From positions 7,120 through 71,119 of the forward strand of contig CAYQEG010000008.1 in NCBI GenBank assembly GCA_964416435.1: a DNA stretch of 64,000 nucleotides, read 5' to 3'. Both the position numbers and the translations under genes were made by a program. Source of the stretch: an uncultured Rickettsiales bacterium (lineage in GTDB: Bacteria > Myxococcota_A > UBA796 > UBA9615). This document shows, one piece after another, positions 38,077 through 47,521 of the stretch; within the stretch, counting starts at the first letter, position 1, and each line of letters starts with the position of its first letter. Under the pieces are notes generated by a model. The model searched no databases, had not been told where the DNA came from, and saw nothing but the letters and a program-made list of their open reading frames with translations.

Positions 38077-39435
38077 GTGCTGAACCTGCTCCGACGCGGC
38101 CGGACCTTCCGGCACGGCATCCACCCGCCCGAGCACAAGGAGCGGACGGACGCGCTCGCGATCGAGCAGGCCCCCTTCGTGGACGAGTACGTGCTGCCGC
38201 TGTCGCAGCACATCGGCGCCCCCAGCAAGGCGGTCGTGGCCGTCGGCGACGCGGTCGAGCGGGGCCAGAAGCTGGCCGACCCCGGCGGGTTCGTGTCGGT
38301 CGCCCTGCACGCCCCGGTCGCCGGCAAGGTGACCGCGATCGAGCTGCGGCTGCACCCCAACGGGCGCATGGTCCCGTCGATCGTGCTCCAGCGGGACCCC
38401 TGGTCGAGCCAGCAGCTCGCCGGCGAGCCCGTCGACCCGGCGAGCCTCGACGTCAAGGAGGCGCTGTCCCACATCCAGAACGCCGGCATGGTCGGCCTGG
38501 GCGGCGCCGCGTTCCCCAGCCACGTCAAGCTGGCGGTGCCCGAGGGGAAGCGGATCGACGACGTGGTCATCAACGGCTGCGAGTGCGAGCCGTACCTGAC
38601 GTGCGACCACCGGGTCATGGTCGAGCAGGCCGACGCGGTGGTGCGGGGCACGGAGATCCTGCGGCACCTCCTGGGCGGCCAGCGCTCCTGGATCGGCGTC
38701 GAGCTCAACAAGCCCGACGCGATCGCCGCGCTCGAGGCGGCGGCGAGCCCTCCGGTGGAGGTCGTCGGGCTCGAGGTCAAGTACCCCCAGGGCGCCGAGA
38801 AGATGCTGATGTACGCCATCTTCGGGCAGGAGGTGCCCGCCGGCGGGCTGCCCCTGGACCTGGGGATGCTGACCAACAACGTCGGCACCACCGCCGCCAT
38901 CGCGGACCTCTTCGACCGCGGCCTCCCCCTCATCGAGCGCGTCGTGACGGTCACCGGGGTCGGCGTCGACCGCCCGCGCAACCTCAAGGTGCCGATCGGC
39001 ACCCCGGTGCGGACCATCCTGGAGCACTGCGGGCTGAGCCCCCGGGCCGACCGCGTGATCCTGGGGGGCCCGATGATGGGCGCCCCCCAGAAGAGCCTGG
39101 ACGTGCCGGTGCTCAAGGGCACCTCGGGCCTGCTCTGCCTGGACGGCGCGCCGGAGCCGGCCGAGTTCCCGTGCATCCGCTGCGGCCGCTGCGTCGAGGC
39201 TTGCCCCATGTTCCTGAACCCGGCCCGGCTGGCCCGCCTGGTCCGGGCCGAGCGCCCCGGCGAGGCGGCCGACATCCACCTGATGAGCTGCTTCGAGTGC
39301 GCCTCGTGCAGCTATGTCTGCCCCTCCGGCATCCCGCTGGTCCAGTGGATGCGGGTCGGCAAGCAGACCCTGCGCGCCGAGCAGGCGAAGGCCCGCGCCG
39401 AGGCGGCGAAGGCCGAAGCGGAGGCCGGATCGTGA
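38077..39435 (+). CDS. rnfC: Rnf complex subunit C
   Basis: GTG start right after the upstream stop, with GGGAGGCGG RBS. GGAAFPSHVK, a CIRCGRCVEACP / CFECASCSYVCP 4Fe-4S pair. Confidence 0.85.
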   Translation: MLNLLRRGRTFRHGIHPPEHKERTDALAIEQAPFVDEYVLPLSQHIGAPSKAVVAVGDAVERGQKLADPGGFVSVALHAPVAGKVTAIELRLHPNGRMVPSIVLQRDPWSSQQLAGEPVDPASLDVKEALSHIQNAGMVGLGGAAFPSHVKLAVPEGKRIDDVVINGCECEPYLTCDHRVMVEQADAVVRGTEILRHLLGGQRSWIGVELNKPDAIAALEAAASPPVEVVGLEVKYPQGAEKMLMYAIFGQEVPAGGLPLDLGMLTNNVGTTAAIADLFDRGLPLIERVVTVTGVGVDRPRNLKVPIGTPVRTILEHCGLSPRADRVILGGPMMGAPQKSLDVPVLKGTSGLLCLDGAPEPAEFPCIRCGRCVEACPMFLNPARLARLVRAERPGEAADIHLMSCFECASCSYVCPSGIPLVQWMRVGKQTLRAEQAKARAEAAKAEAEAGS

Positions 39436-40448
39436 GCGACCGCCCCGCCGGCCTGGTGATCTCGAGCTCGCCGTACGTCAAGGACGCGACGACGACGCCC
39501 ACGATCATGCGGGACGTCACGCTGGCGGCCTGCGTCGTGCTGGCCGCGGCGACCTGGCACTTCGGGGTCGGCTCGCTGCTCGTGGCGGGCGCCTGCGTGC
39601 TCGGCGCCGTCGTCACCGAGTGGGCGTTCACCCGCGACAAGGCCCCCTCCCCCATCCGGGACTGGTCCGCCGCGCTGACCGGGCTGCTGCTCGGGCTGAC
39701 GCTGCCTCCGGCGATGCCCCTGTGGATGGCGTTCCTGGGCGGGGTGGCGGGCATCGGCCTCGGCAAGCTGATCTGGGGCGGGCTGGGGCAGAACCTGTTC
39801 AACCCGGCGCTCGTCGGGCGAGCGTTCCTGCAGGCGGCGTTCCCGACGTCGATCACCACCTGGAGCGTCACCGCGGCCGAGGCCGGCTCCCACACCCAGA
39901 TCCCGAACACCGTCTTCGCGGCCCCCCTGATGCACGTCGAGCTGGACGCGATGAGCGGGGCGACGCCGCTGGGGCTGGCGAAGTTCCAGGACCAGTCGAC
40001 CGAGGTGATGGACCTGCTGACCGGGGTCTCGGCCGGGTCGCTGGGCGAGACCAACGCGATCGTCCTGATCCTGTGCGGCGTCTTCCTGTGGTGGCGGCGC
40101 GCGTTCGACTGGCGGCTGCCGGTCTCCACGCTGGCGACGGTGGCGGTGCTGGCGGCGGCGCTCCACGCGTTCCGGCCCGACGACTGCCCGGGGGCCGCCT
40201 TCTACCTGCTGTCCGGCGGCCTGATGCTGGGCGCGATCTTCATGGTGACGGACCCGGTGACCACGCCGACGACGAAGAAGGGGGCCTGGCTCTTCGGCAT
40301 CGGCGTCGGCTTCCTCGTCGTCCTCATCCGCGCCTACGGGGGCCTCCCCGAGGGGGTGATGTACGCGATCCTGCTGATGAACGCGGTCACCCCCCACATC
40401 GAGAAGTACACGCAGCCCCGACCGTTCGGAGGTTCCCGTGGCGGCTGA
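39432..40448 (+). CDS. rnfD: Rnf complex subunit D (NqrB-like membrane subunit)
   Basis: GTGA overlap with rnfC. Multiple TM helices. Conserved ..GATPLG.. and FMVTDPVTTP motifs. Confidence 0.85.
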   Translation: MSDRPAGLVISSSPYVKDATTTPTIMRDVTLAACVVLAAATWHFGVGSLLVAGACVLGAVVTEWAFTRDKAPSPIRDWSAALTGLLLGLTLPPAMPLWMAFLGGVAGIGLGKLIWGGLGQNLFNPALVGRAFLQAAFPTSITTWSVTAAEAGSHTQIPNTVFAAPLMHVELDAMSGATPLGLAKFQDQSTEVMDLLTGVSAGSLGETNAIVLILCGVFLWWRRAFDWRLPVSTLATVAVLAAALHAFRPDDCPGAAFYLLSGGLMLGAIFMVTDPVTTPTTKKGAWLFGIGVGFLVVLIRAYGGLPEGVMYAILLMNAVTPHIEKYTQPRPFGGSRGG

Positions 40449-41055
40449 AGTCAGCAGCTTCAAGATGCTCCTGACGCTGGGCCTCGCCGGGATGATCTCC
40501 GGGGGGGTGCTCGTGGGGATCTACGAGGCGACGGCGCCCCGCATCGAGCGGAACCGGGCCGAGGCGCTGGAGCGCGCGATCTACGAAGTGCTGCCCGGCG
40601 CGGTCTCCAAGGAGGCGTGGGTGGCCGACGGGGACGGCCTGAAGCGGCCCGAGGTCGAGCCCAAGCCGGGCGCCGACGCGGTGTACGCGGGGTACGACGC
40701 CGACGGCAACCGCCTCGGCTTCGCCATCCCCGCCGCCGGCGCCGGGTTCCAGGACACGATCGCGCTGATCTACGGGATCGACCCGGCGCGGCGCAGGATC
40801 GTCGGCATGCGGGTGCTGGAGAGCCGCGAGACGCCGGGCCTGGGGGACAAGATCATCAAGGACGACCACTTCGTGGCCGAGTTCGACGACCTCGCGGTCG
40901 ACCCGGAGATCGTCGCGCTGCCCAAGGGCACGACCACCGGCGAGCACGAGATCGACGCGATCTCGGGCGCGACGATCAGCAGCGTCGCGATCTGCAACAT
41001 CCTCAACGAGAGCAACTCGCGCTGGCTGGGCAGGTTGCCCACCGGGGAGCAGTAA
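40438..41055 (+). CDS. rnfG: Rnf complex subunit G (FMN-binding)
   Basis: N-terminal TM anchor, then FMN-binding region ..ISGATISS... Confidence 0.8.
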   Translation: MAAEVSSFKMLLTLGLAGMISGGVLVGIYEATAPRIERNRAEALERAIYEVLPGAVSKEAWVADGDGLKRPEVEPKPGADAVYAGYDADGNRLGFAIPAAGAGFQDTIALIYGIDPARRRIVGMRVLESRETPGLGDKIIKDDHFVAEFDDLAVDPEIVALPKGTTTGEHEIDAISGATISSVAICNILNESNSRWLGRLPTGEQ

Positions 41056-41056
41056 G

Positions 41057-41686
41057 TTGGCGACGCAGGCCGAAGCCTACGACGAGCTGGTCAAGGGACT
41101 CTGGAAGGAGAACCCGGTCTTCGTGCAGCTGCTGGGGCTCTGCCCGGCGCTCGCGGTCACCAACTCGGCGATCAACGCCATCGCGATGAGCGCGGCGACG
41201 ACGTTCGTGCTCGTCGGCAGCTCGATCCTGGTCAGCTCCGTCCGCAACCTGATCCCGAAGCAGGTCCGCATCACGACGTTCATCATCGTCATCGCGACCT
41301 TCGTGACGGTGGCCGACTTCACGCTGATGGCGCTGCTCCCGGACGTGCACAAGGAGCTCGGGGCGTTCATCGCGCTGATCGTCGCCAACTGCCTGATCCT
41401 CGGCCGCCAGGAAGCGTTCGCGTCGCGCAACACGGTGGGCAAGGCGTTCGCCGACGCGGCGGGCATGTCGATCGGCTTCTCGGTCGCCCTCATCATGCTG
41501 GGCTCGATCCGCGAGATCCTCGGCAGCGGCAGCCTCCTGGGCGTCTCCCTGTTCGGCCCGAACTTCGAGCCCTGGGTGATCATGATCCTGCCGCCGGGCG
41601 GCTTCCTGACCCTCGGCCTGCTGCTCGCCCTGTTCGCCTGGTGGGGCAAGCGCAAGCGGCGCGCGGAAGCCGGGGGGGCGGCCTGA
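41057..41686 (+). CDS. rnfE: Rnf complex subunit E
   Basis: ..GLWKENPVFVQLLGLCPALAVTNSAINA.. is the hallmark RnfE/NqrD N-terminus. TTG start per ORF track. Confidence 0.85.
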   Translation: MATQAEAYDELVKGLWKENPVFVQLLGLCPALAVTNSAINAIAMSAATTFVLVGSSILVSSVRNLIPKQVRITTFIIVIATFVTVADFTLMALLPDVHKELGAFIALIVANCLILGRQEAFASRNTVGKAFADAAGMSIGFSVALIMLGSIREILGSGSLLGVSLFGPNFEPWVIMILPPGGFLTLGLLLALFAWWGKRKRRAEAGGAA

Positions 41687-42276
41687 TGTTCGACTTCGGA
41701 GACCTCGTCTGGATCTTCGTCGCCGCCGCGGTGGTGAACAACTTCACGCTCGCGTGGTTCCTGGGCCTGTGCCCGTTCCTGGGCGTCAGCGGCCGGCTCG
41801 ACACGGCGCTGCGGATGGGGCTGGCCAACATCTTCGTGATGCTCGTGACCGCGGTCTGCGCGTGGTTCCTGAACACGTTCGTGCTGGTCCACGCGCCGTA
41901 CCTGCGGCTGATCGCGTTCATCGTGGTCATCGCGTCGACCGTGCAGTTCGTGGAGATGGCGATCAAGAAGCTCTCGCCCGCGCTGTTCGAGGCGCTGGGC
42001 ATCTTCCTGCCGCTGATCACGACCAACTGCGCGATCCTCGGCCTGGCGCTGTTCCAGACCAACCGCGGCTACGGGTTCGTCGAGTCGATGTCGTTCGCCC
42101 TGGGCGCCGGGGTCGGCCTGACGCTGGCGCTGGTGCTGATGGCCGGCGTGCGGCAGGAGAATGACCTGCGCGACATTCCGGACGTGCTCCAGGGCGCTGC
42201 GATGAGCTTCCTGATCGCCGGCATCCTCAGCATGGCGTTCATGGGCTTCGCGGGCCTGTTCAGCGGAACGGCGTAG
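41686..42276 (+). CDS. rnfA: Rnf complex subunit A
   Basis: Internal ATG (MFDFGDLVWIFVAAAVVNNFTLAWFLGLCPFLGVS) overlapping the rnfE stop (TGATG), RnfA/NqrE signature. The ORF-track N-terminal extension was rejected. Confidence 0.85.
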   Translation: MFDFGDLVWIFVAAAVVNNFTLAWFLGLCPFLGVSGRLDTALRMGLANIFVMLVTAVCAWFLNTFVLVHAPYLRLIAFIVVIASTVQFVEMAIKKLSPALFEALGIFLPLITTNCAILGLALFQTNRGYGFVESMSFALGAGVGLTLALVLMAGVRQENDLRDIPDVLQGAAMSFLIAGILSMAFMGFAGLFSGTA

Positions 42277-42283
42277 CCGGCCG

Positions 42284-42466
42284 ATGACGCACCTGCTCGC
42301 GATCGTAGGCCTCGGGCTGGCGTGCGCCGGCTGGTACCTGGTGCAGCGCTGGACGGGCGCGCTGGACACCTACAACGGCAACGACGAGGCCGCCGGCTGC
42401 GGGACCTGCACGGTCGACGACTGCGGACAGCGCCCAGACCCCCTCGATCCGTCCCCAAACCTCTGA
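42284..42466 (+). CDS. small membrane protein with Cys-rich tail (60 aa)
   Basis: TM helix LLAIVGLGLACAGWYLV, then GCGTCTVDDC. High GC3. 8 nt downstream of rnfA. Confidence 0.45.
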   Translation: MTHLLAIVGLGLACAGWYLVQRWTGALDTYNGNDEAAGCGTCTVDDCGQRPDPLDPSPNL

Positions 42467-42476
42467 TCCACTAGGG

Positions 42477-42503
42477 GAAACCCCCAATCACCGGGGTTTC
42501 TTT
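42477..42503 (+). terminator. rho-independent terminator-like hairpin after rnf operon
   Basis: GAAACCCC-(8 nt loop)-GGGGTTTC perfect inverted repeat followed by TTTG. Confidence 0.4.
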
Positions 42504-42563
42504 GACCCGATCCGCGACCCGTCCCATGATCACAAGGAGGGATAGAGGAGGGGCGCGATTGGA

Positions 42564-42806
42564 GTGCGCCCGATGGTTCGTACCGCTGTGCTGGGCTTGA
42601 TGATCTCGCTCCTCCCGGTCTTCGCCGGGTTGGCCTGGCCGGAACCGGCCGACGCGCTGGACCTCGCCGCCTCCGACGCCACCCAGGACTGGAACGCCCC
42701 CGCCTACGACGGCCTCTGGATCACCCTGTCCCGGGCCGAAGACCCCAACGTCTCGATCAACGACCTGCTCGTCGCCGCCGATCGGCCCCTGCGCTACGCC
42801 CGATGA
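42564..42806 (+). CDS. small secreted protein (80 aa)
   Basis: AGGAGGG..GAGGAGGGG RBS upstream. Signal-like AVLGLMISLLPVFAGLAWP. Confidence 0.35.
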   Translation: MRPMVRTAVLGLMISLLPVFAGLAWPEPADALDLAASDATQDWNAPAYDGLWITLSRAEDPNVSINDLLVAADRPLRYAR

Positions 42807-43111
42807 AGCTCGGCACCACCGGCTGGCTCATCGGCTTCCTCGGGCTGGCGCTCCTGGGGGCGACCCCTCTCGCCTTCGAGATCGCCATGGCGGAGCCGGA
42901 CTGCGCCCCGGTGGAGCAGCGGATCCTGCCGACGGAGACCGATCGCGCCGCGCGGCTGTCCGACGCGATCCTCCGCAGCTCCGTCGACGCCGACTGCGAG
43001 CTCGCGCGCCGCGGCATGAGCCGCGCCGACTACATCGAGTTGATGGACGACATCGCGGCGGATCGGCGGCTCGCGACCGCCTACGCGGCCGCTCGCCGCG
43101 TCTCTCGCTGA
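42803..43111 (+). CDS. small secreted protein (102 aa, 2 Cys)
   Basis: ATGA overlap with the previous small gene. Signal peptide MKLGTTGWLIGFLGLALLGATPLAFE. Confidence 0.4.
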   Translation: MKLGTTGWLIGFLGLALLGATPLAFEIAMAEPDCAPVEQRILPTETDRAARLSDAILRSSVDADCELARRGMSRADYIELMDDIAADRRLATAYAAARRVSR

Positions 43112-43302
43112 CTGTGCCGCCCAGGCTTTCTGACCACGCCTCCTCCGTCCCGCGGCCCGATCCCAGCGTCGCTCGTCGGTCACATGGACTCGACATGCTC
43201 CGCTCCTCGCTCCTTGACCTCGGACCGCGGGCCTGTCGGATCCGTGGTCACACAACCTGGGCGGCACAGTGAGATCGGAGGCGCCGGGCGGCCCCTCGGC
43301 GA

Positions 43303-44571
43303 TCACTCCGCCGGCTGGTGGTACCCATCGGCGACGGCTCGCAGCTCCTCGGCTGGCTTGACCAGCGCGCCGCCGCCGTCGGAGTGGCAGCGCTCGCACG
43401 CGTACTCGAGGGTCAGGAACGGGCTCATGAACTCGTCGCCGTCGTCCTCGTAGAACTGCGCGGCGTCGGGATCGGTGTTGATCGCGAACAGGTGGGTCGC
43501 GACGTCCCCTTCCAGGCCTTCGCTGACCGCGGACTTGCTCGCCGGCGGCATGTGGCACTCCACGCACGAGAAGCCGGCCATGGCGACCGTGTCCATGTTG
43601 GCCGCCTCCACGAAGTGGCAGCTCTCGCAGTCGCTGATGATTCCGCGATCGGGGTTCCAGGTGGGGTCGGTGTAGACCGCGCTGGCGTGGGGGTCGTGGC
43701 AGTCGACGCAGTCCAGGGCCCGGTGCTTGCTGTTGGCCAGCTCGTTCCATTGCTGGGCGTTGTGGCCGAACCCGCCCGACGCCGGGATGCGTGCCTCGGG
43801 GCCGTGTCCGTGACAGGCCCCGCACGCCTCCGAGTCGCGGTCGATCCGCATGGGCACCTCCAGCGGGTTGTCCGGGTGGCCGCCGGCCGCGCCGTGGCAC
43901 TCCTCGCAGGTCACGCCGGGCTCGCTCCAGGTGCCGACCACGCCGGGCAGGTCGTCCTGGTGCCCGTCGATGCTCCAGCCGGTGGAGTGGCAGGGACCGC
44001 AGTCCATCTCGAACGTGCCGGCCGCGCTGCCCTCTTCGTAGTTCACCCACGAGCCGTCCTCGACGTTGAACTGGGTCGCGGTGTACGGCGGTGCGGCGCC
44101 GCTGGTGACGACGTAGCCGTTGTTGTCCATGAAGCGAACGCGCCAGCCCCAGCCGCCGATCAGGTAGCTGATGTCCGACCACGCGTAGCCGTCGGGCGGT
44201 GCGGACGGGTAGTCCCCCTCGAACTCCGGCGGGGGGAGGGGCGCGACGCCGCCGGTCGGCACCATCACGTAGGGGTGACCCGACCGAATCATCTTGTTGT
44301 ACTGCTCTTCGTGGCAGGCGCCGCAGGTGTCCGAGCCGATGAAGCCGGGGATCGTGAAGTCCTCCCCGTCCTGTCCGTCCTGGCCGTCATCGCCGTCCGC
44401 CCCGTCCGCCCCGTCGACGCCGTCCGAGCCGTCGAGCCCGGCGGGTCCCCGGGCCCCGGTCTCACCCACCGGCCCCTGCGGACCCTCGGGACCGGTGCAG
44501 CCCGCGAGCAGCAGCGCGGCGAGCAACGGGACCAGCGTGGTGAGCGGCACAGCGAGGTGGGGTGGGCGCAT
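43303..44571 (-). CDS. octaheme c-type cytochrome lipoprotein with N-terminal collagen-like (GXY)15 repeat
   Basis: Start MRPPHLAV.. with GAGGAG RBS. Lipobox LLAGCTG. GPEGPQGPVGETGARGPAGLDGSDG..DGQDGED repeat. 8 CXXCH. Confidence 0.85.
   Translation of the reverse strand: MRPPHLAVPLTTLVPLLAALLLAGCTGPEGPQGPVGETGARGPAGLDGSDGVDGADGADGDDGQDGQDGEDFTIPGFIGSDTCGACHEEQYNKMIRSGHPYVMVPTGGVAPLPPPEFEGDYPSAPPDGYAWSDISYLIGGWGWRVRFMDNNGYVVTSGAAPPYTATQFNVEDGSWVNYEEGSAAGTFEMDCGPCHSTGWSIDGHQDDLPGVVGTWSEPGVTCEECHGAAGGHPDNPLEVPMRIDRDSEACGACHGHGPEARIPASGGFGHNAQQWNELANSKHRALDCVDCHDPHASAVYTDPTWNPDRGIISDCESCHFVEAANMDTVAMAGFSCVECHMPPASKSAVSEGLEGDVATHLFAINTDPDAAQFYEDDGDEFMSPFLTLEYACERCHSDGGGALVKPAEELRAVADGYHQPAE
44359..44493 (-). 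repeat. collagen-like GXY x15 coding repeat inside cytochrome gene
   Basis: The DNA shows a GCCGTC/GTCCTG periodicity encoding G-X-Y triplets. Confidence 0.7.
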
Positions 44572-44600
44572 CGACAGCTCCTCGGTGGGCGGGCGCCGGC

Positions 44601-45410
44601 TCAAGGAGCCGACGCGTGGCACGTAGCGCCGCAGGTTACCGGCACGTCACCCGCACCGTCGCCGGCCTCGTGGCACAGCAGACAGGGCGCCTCGCCGGTC
44701 GGGTCGACGGCGACCGGGTGTTCGACCCGCCAGTCGGCGGCGTGAGGATAGGCCGGGTGACAGGAGCCGCACGAGGGCGCCCAGGCGCCGCCGCCGGACC
44801 CGTCGCCATGGCAGGTGCCGCAGCCGGCGTCGGCGTACGCCTCGCCGTGCACGTCCCCGGCCGACCAACCGTCGGCGTGGGGGTAGTCGGCGTGGCAGTC
44901 GCCGCAGCCGGGGGTGGTGGCGTCCTCACCCTGCGGCTCGGTCAGGTGGCAGCCCAGGCAGGCGTCGAGCGTGTCGCGGTCGGCGAGGAACGCGGCGTGG
45001 GTGACGCCCACCCTCCAGCCCGCGGGGTGGGGCCAGGAGGCGTGGCAGGAGTCGCACGCGACCCCCGAGTCCCCGCCCGCCAGGTCGTCCCCATGGCAGG
45101 AAGCGCAGGTCGAGCGCACCTCCAGGTCGTGCCACAGGGGTCCGTGGCCATCCAGGAAGTCCGTCGCGTGGGGATAGTCGGTGTGGCAGGCCTGGCAGCC
45201 GGCCGCGCCGGACTCGGAGGTGCTCGACGGGTCGTGGCAGGCGACGCAGACCTCGGCGTCGTCTCCGAGGTAGAGCTGGCCGTGCTGCCCGGCCTCCCCG
45301 AAGCCGTCTTCGTGGGGGAACAGCTCGTTTTCGATGGGGCCGTCGGGCTCCACCGCGGGCACGGAGCAGGCGGTCAGCGACAGCGCCGCGAACAGGGTCA
45401 GGAGACGCAT
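44601..45410 (-). CDS. multiheme c-type cytochrome lipoprotein (about 9-10 hemes)
   Basis: Signal + Cys, LSLTACS. 9 CXXCH plus one CX3CH in 269 aa. Confidence 0.85.
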   Translation of the reverse strand: MRLLTLFAALSLTACSVPAVEPDGPIENELFPHEDGFGEAGQHGQLYLGDDAEVCVACHDPSSTSESGAAGCQACHTDYPHATDFLDGHGPLWHDLEVRSTCASCHGDDLAGGDSGVACDSCHASWPHPAGWRVGVTHAAFLADRDTLDACLGCHLTEPQGEDATTPGCGDCHADYPHADGWSAGDVHGEAYADAGCGTCHGDGSGGGAWAPSCGSCHPAYPHAADWRVEHPVAVDPTGEAPCLLCHEAGDGAGDVPVTCGATCHASAP

Positions 45411-47521
45411 CAGTCAGCCTCCCCGTACAGGTAGTCGAACACCGCGGACAGCGTGACGTAGGTGGTGCGGAGCGTCGGCTCCCCCGCCGGGCCGATGAAG
45501 TGCGAGCCGACCGCCTCGTACTCGATGTCCGCCCAGCGGTGGCAGGTCAGACAGGCGTTCGGCGGCACGTCGTCCAGGGCCAGCTGCGATGCGCCGGCGG
45601 CGTCGAACGCGGCGAGCGAGTCGGCCGGGTCCTGGATCGTGAGCACGTGCGACGGCAGCCGGCCGCCGCCGGTGACCTCGCTGCGCCCGCTCCGGGACGC
45701 GGTGGCGGGCATGTGGCAGCCGGTGCACCGCCCCGACGCGTAGGAGCCGGCGGGGTCGTAGCCGGAGTGCCGCGTGTGTTCGGCGGCCGCCGCCTCGTCC
45801 GCGAAGTGGAGCGAGGTGTGGCAACCCAGGCACAGGGAGTTGTCGTCGGGGTCGGCGTTGAGCTGGTACGGCAGGTCGCCCGACGGCCCATGGTTGAGGT
45901 GGCACTCGGTGCAATGGAGCGCGTACAGCCCGCTGCCGCCGTGGGGGGAGGCGCGCAGGTCGTCCGCCTGCTGGTTGGGGCCGGCCGCCGCCCCGCCGGG
46001 CCAGGTCTCGGGGGCCGAGTCCAGCCACGTCGCCAGCGCTCCCCCGGCGCGCCAGGCGCCGTCGTCCTCGGAGTACGGGAACGCGACGGCGGTCTCGAGA
46101 TCCTCCGACGCGGTCGCGAGGCCTGCGCTGTGGCAGGCGGCGCAGACGTCGAGCGCCCGCTCCGGATCGAGGCGACCGGGGTGCACGATCCGCTCGACGC
46201 CGCCGTCCTCGTCGTCGCCGGCGGCGACATGCTCGGAGCCCGGACCGTGGCAGGCCTCGCAGCCGACGCCCCGCTCCAGCGCGACGCCGTCGCCGCCGAG
46301 CGCGGTCGAGGTCACGACGCCGCCGTGCTCGTCCAGCTCGAAGCCGAGCGCGTGGCAGCCGACGCAGGCGGCCGCCTCGGAGCGCTCGGGGGCAGGGCCG
46401 TGGGTGTCGTCGTGGTCCAGGAAGCCGCCGAACTCGTCGAACCAGGCCTCCGGCTCGAACGGCGCGAGGCCCGGCTCGAAGGCGGGGCTGGCGAGGTCAC
46501 CCGCCCCTTCGGGACGCCAGAGCACCGGCGCCGGCGCCGGCCCACCCGGGTGGTCGAGGATCGGCACCACGCCGGTAGCGCCGTACCAGCCGAGCACGTC
46601 GTAGACCTCGAAGCCGTCCGCGCCGAACAGCCAGGCGCGGGTGCCGTCGCCGGAGGCCGCCAGCCGCGCCGAGACCGAGGACAGGGCCAGCGGCAGGGTC
46701 ACCTCCACCCCGACCAGCAGGTCGGCGGCCAGGGCCGACGGGGGTGTCGCGGACCAGGTGGCTGCGTGCTTCGAGCTCGCCCAGGCCGCGTGCTCGTGCC
46801 CGTGACACTCGAGGCAGGCGTCCGAGCCGGCCCAGGTGGCCGCGTCGCTCGGCGCGCCCGAGAGGGTCAGCTGCAGGAGCGTGGTCGCCCCCTCCTCGAA
46901 GCTGAGCGCGGCCGACCAGGCTGCCCCCGGGGCGTCGTCGCCGGGCACGATCGCGACCTGCAGGTCGCCCGTCGGCAGCTCGCCGAGCTCGACGGTGCCG
47001 TCGTCCCGGGTGATCGCCTCGGCGACCCCGTCGCCGACCGTCACGGTCGCCCCCGCCAGGGGGCGGCCCGCCGCGGTGCTCGCTTCGACGCGGAGCGCAG
47101 GGGTGCCCGTCGCCGCTTCCCGCAGCGCCAGCTCCAGCTCGGAGGACTCCCCCGCCACCACGTCCACCGCCTCGACGATCACGGTCTCGAAGCCGACGGC
47201 GGCCACGGTCAAGCGATAGGCGCCCGCGGGCAGCGCGGCGAAGGCGGCCAGGCCGCCGTCGTCGCTCGTCGCCTCGGCCCCGAGCGGGCCGACGGTGGCG
47301 AACGCGCCGGCCAGCGGCGCCTCCTCGGCGTCGAGCACCTCGACGAGGAGAGCGCCATGGGTCGGGGCGACGTCCGGATCGGGCTCGTCCGGCTCATCCG
47401 CCGTGGGACAGCCGACGAGGATCACGGCGCCGGCGAGGGCCAGCGCGCAGGTCCGCCAGGAGCGGGGGAGAGCGCGACAGGATCGATGGGCCAGGTCCAC
47501 GGGCGCTTCCGTCACCGTCAC
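45410..47521 (-). CDS. multiheme c-type cytochrome with N-terminal Ig/carboxypeptidase-regulatory-like beta domains
   Basis: Lipoprotein-like LALAGAVILVGCP. About 200 aa of beta-rich A/V/G/T region. 8 CXXCH. Stop overlaps the downstream start (TGATG). Confidence 0.8.
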   Translation of the reverse strand: MTVTEAPVDLAHRSCRALPRSWRTCALALAGAVILVGCPTADEPDEPDPDVAPTHGALLVEVLDAEEAPLAGAFATVGPLGAEATSDDGGLAAFAALPAGAYRLTVAAVGFETVIVEAVDVVAGESSELELALREAATGTPALRVEASTAAGRPLAGATVTVGDGVAEAITRDDGTVELGELPTGDLQVAIVPGDDAPGAAWSAALSFEEGATTLLQLTLSGAPSDAATWAGSDACLECHGHEHAAWASSKHAATWSATPPSALAADLLVGVEVTLPLALSSVSARLAASGDGTRAWLFGADGFEVYDVLGWYGATGVVPILDHPGGPAPAPVLWRPEGAGDLASPAFEPGLAPFEPEAWFDEFGGFLDHDDTHGPAPERSEAAACVGCHALGFELDEHGGVVTSTALGGDGVALERGVGCEACHGPGSEHVAAGDDEDGGVERIVHPGRLDPERALDVCAACHSAGLATASEDLETAVAFPYSEDDGAWRAGGALATWLDSAPETWPGGAAAGPNQQADDLRASPHGGSGLYALHCTECHLNHGPSGDLPYQLNADPDDNSLCLGCHTSLHFADEAAAAEHTRHSGYDPAGSYASGRCTGCHMPATASRSGRSEVTGGGRLPSHVLTIQDPADSLAAFDAAGASQLALDDVPPNACLTCHRWADIEYEAVGSHFIGPAGEPTLRTTYVTLSAVFDYLYGEAD

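Noticed and set aside
34768-39279. 1503-aa minus-strand ORF
   Set aside because: Antisense to giant2, rnfC and rnfD, which have clear domain content. Gly/Arg/Asp-rich nonsense typical of the reverse frame in more-than-70% GC DNA.
41641-41700. Apparent single-nucleotide deletion/frameshift near the rnfE/rnfA junction
   Set aside because: The displayed line has only 59 nt (a formatting artefact). The ORF-track frames are continuous, so it is not treated as a pseudogene. Hand-derived coordinates nearby may be off by 1.
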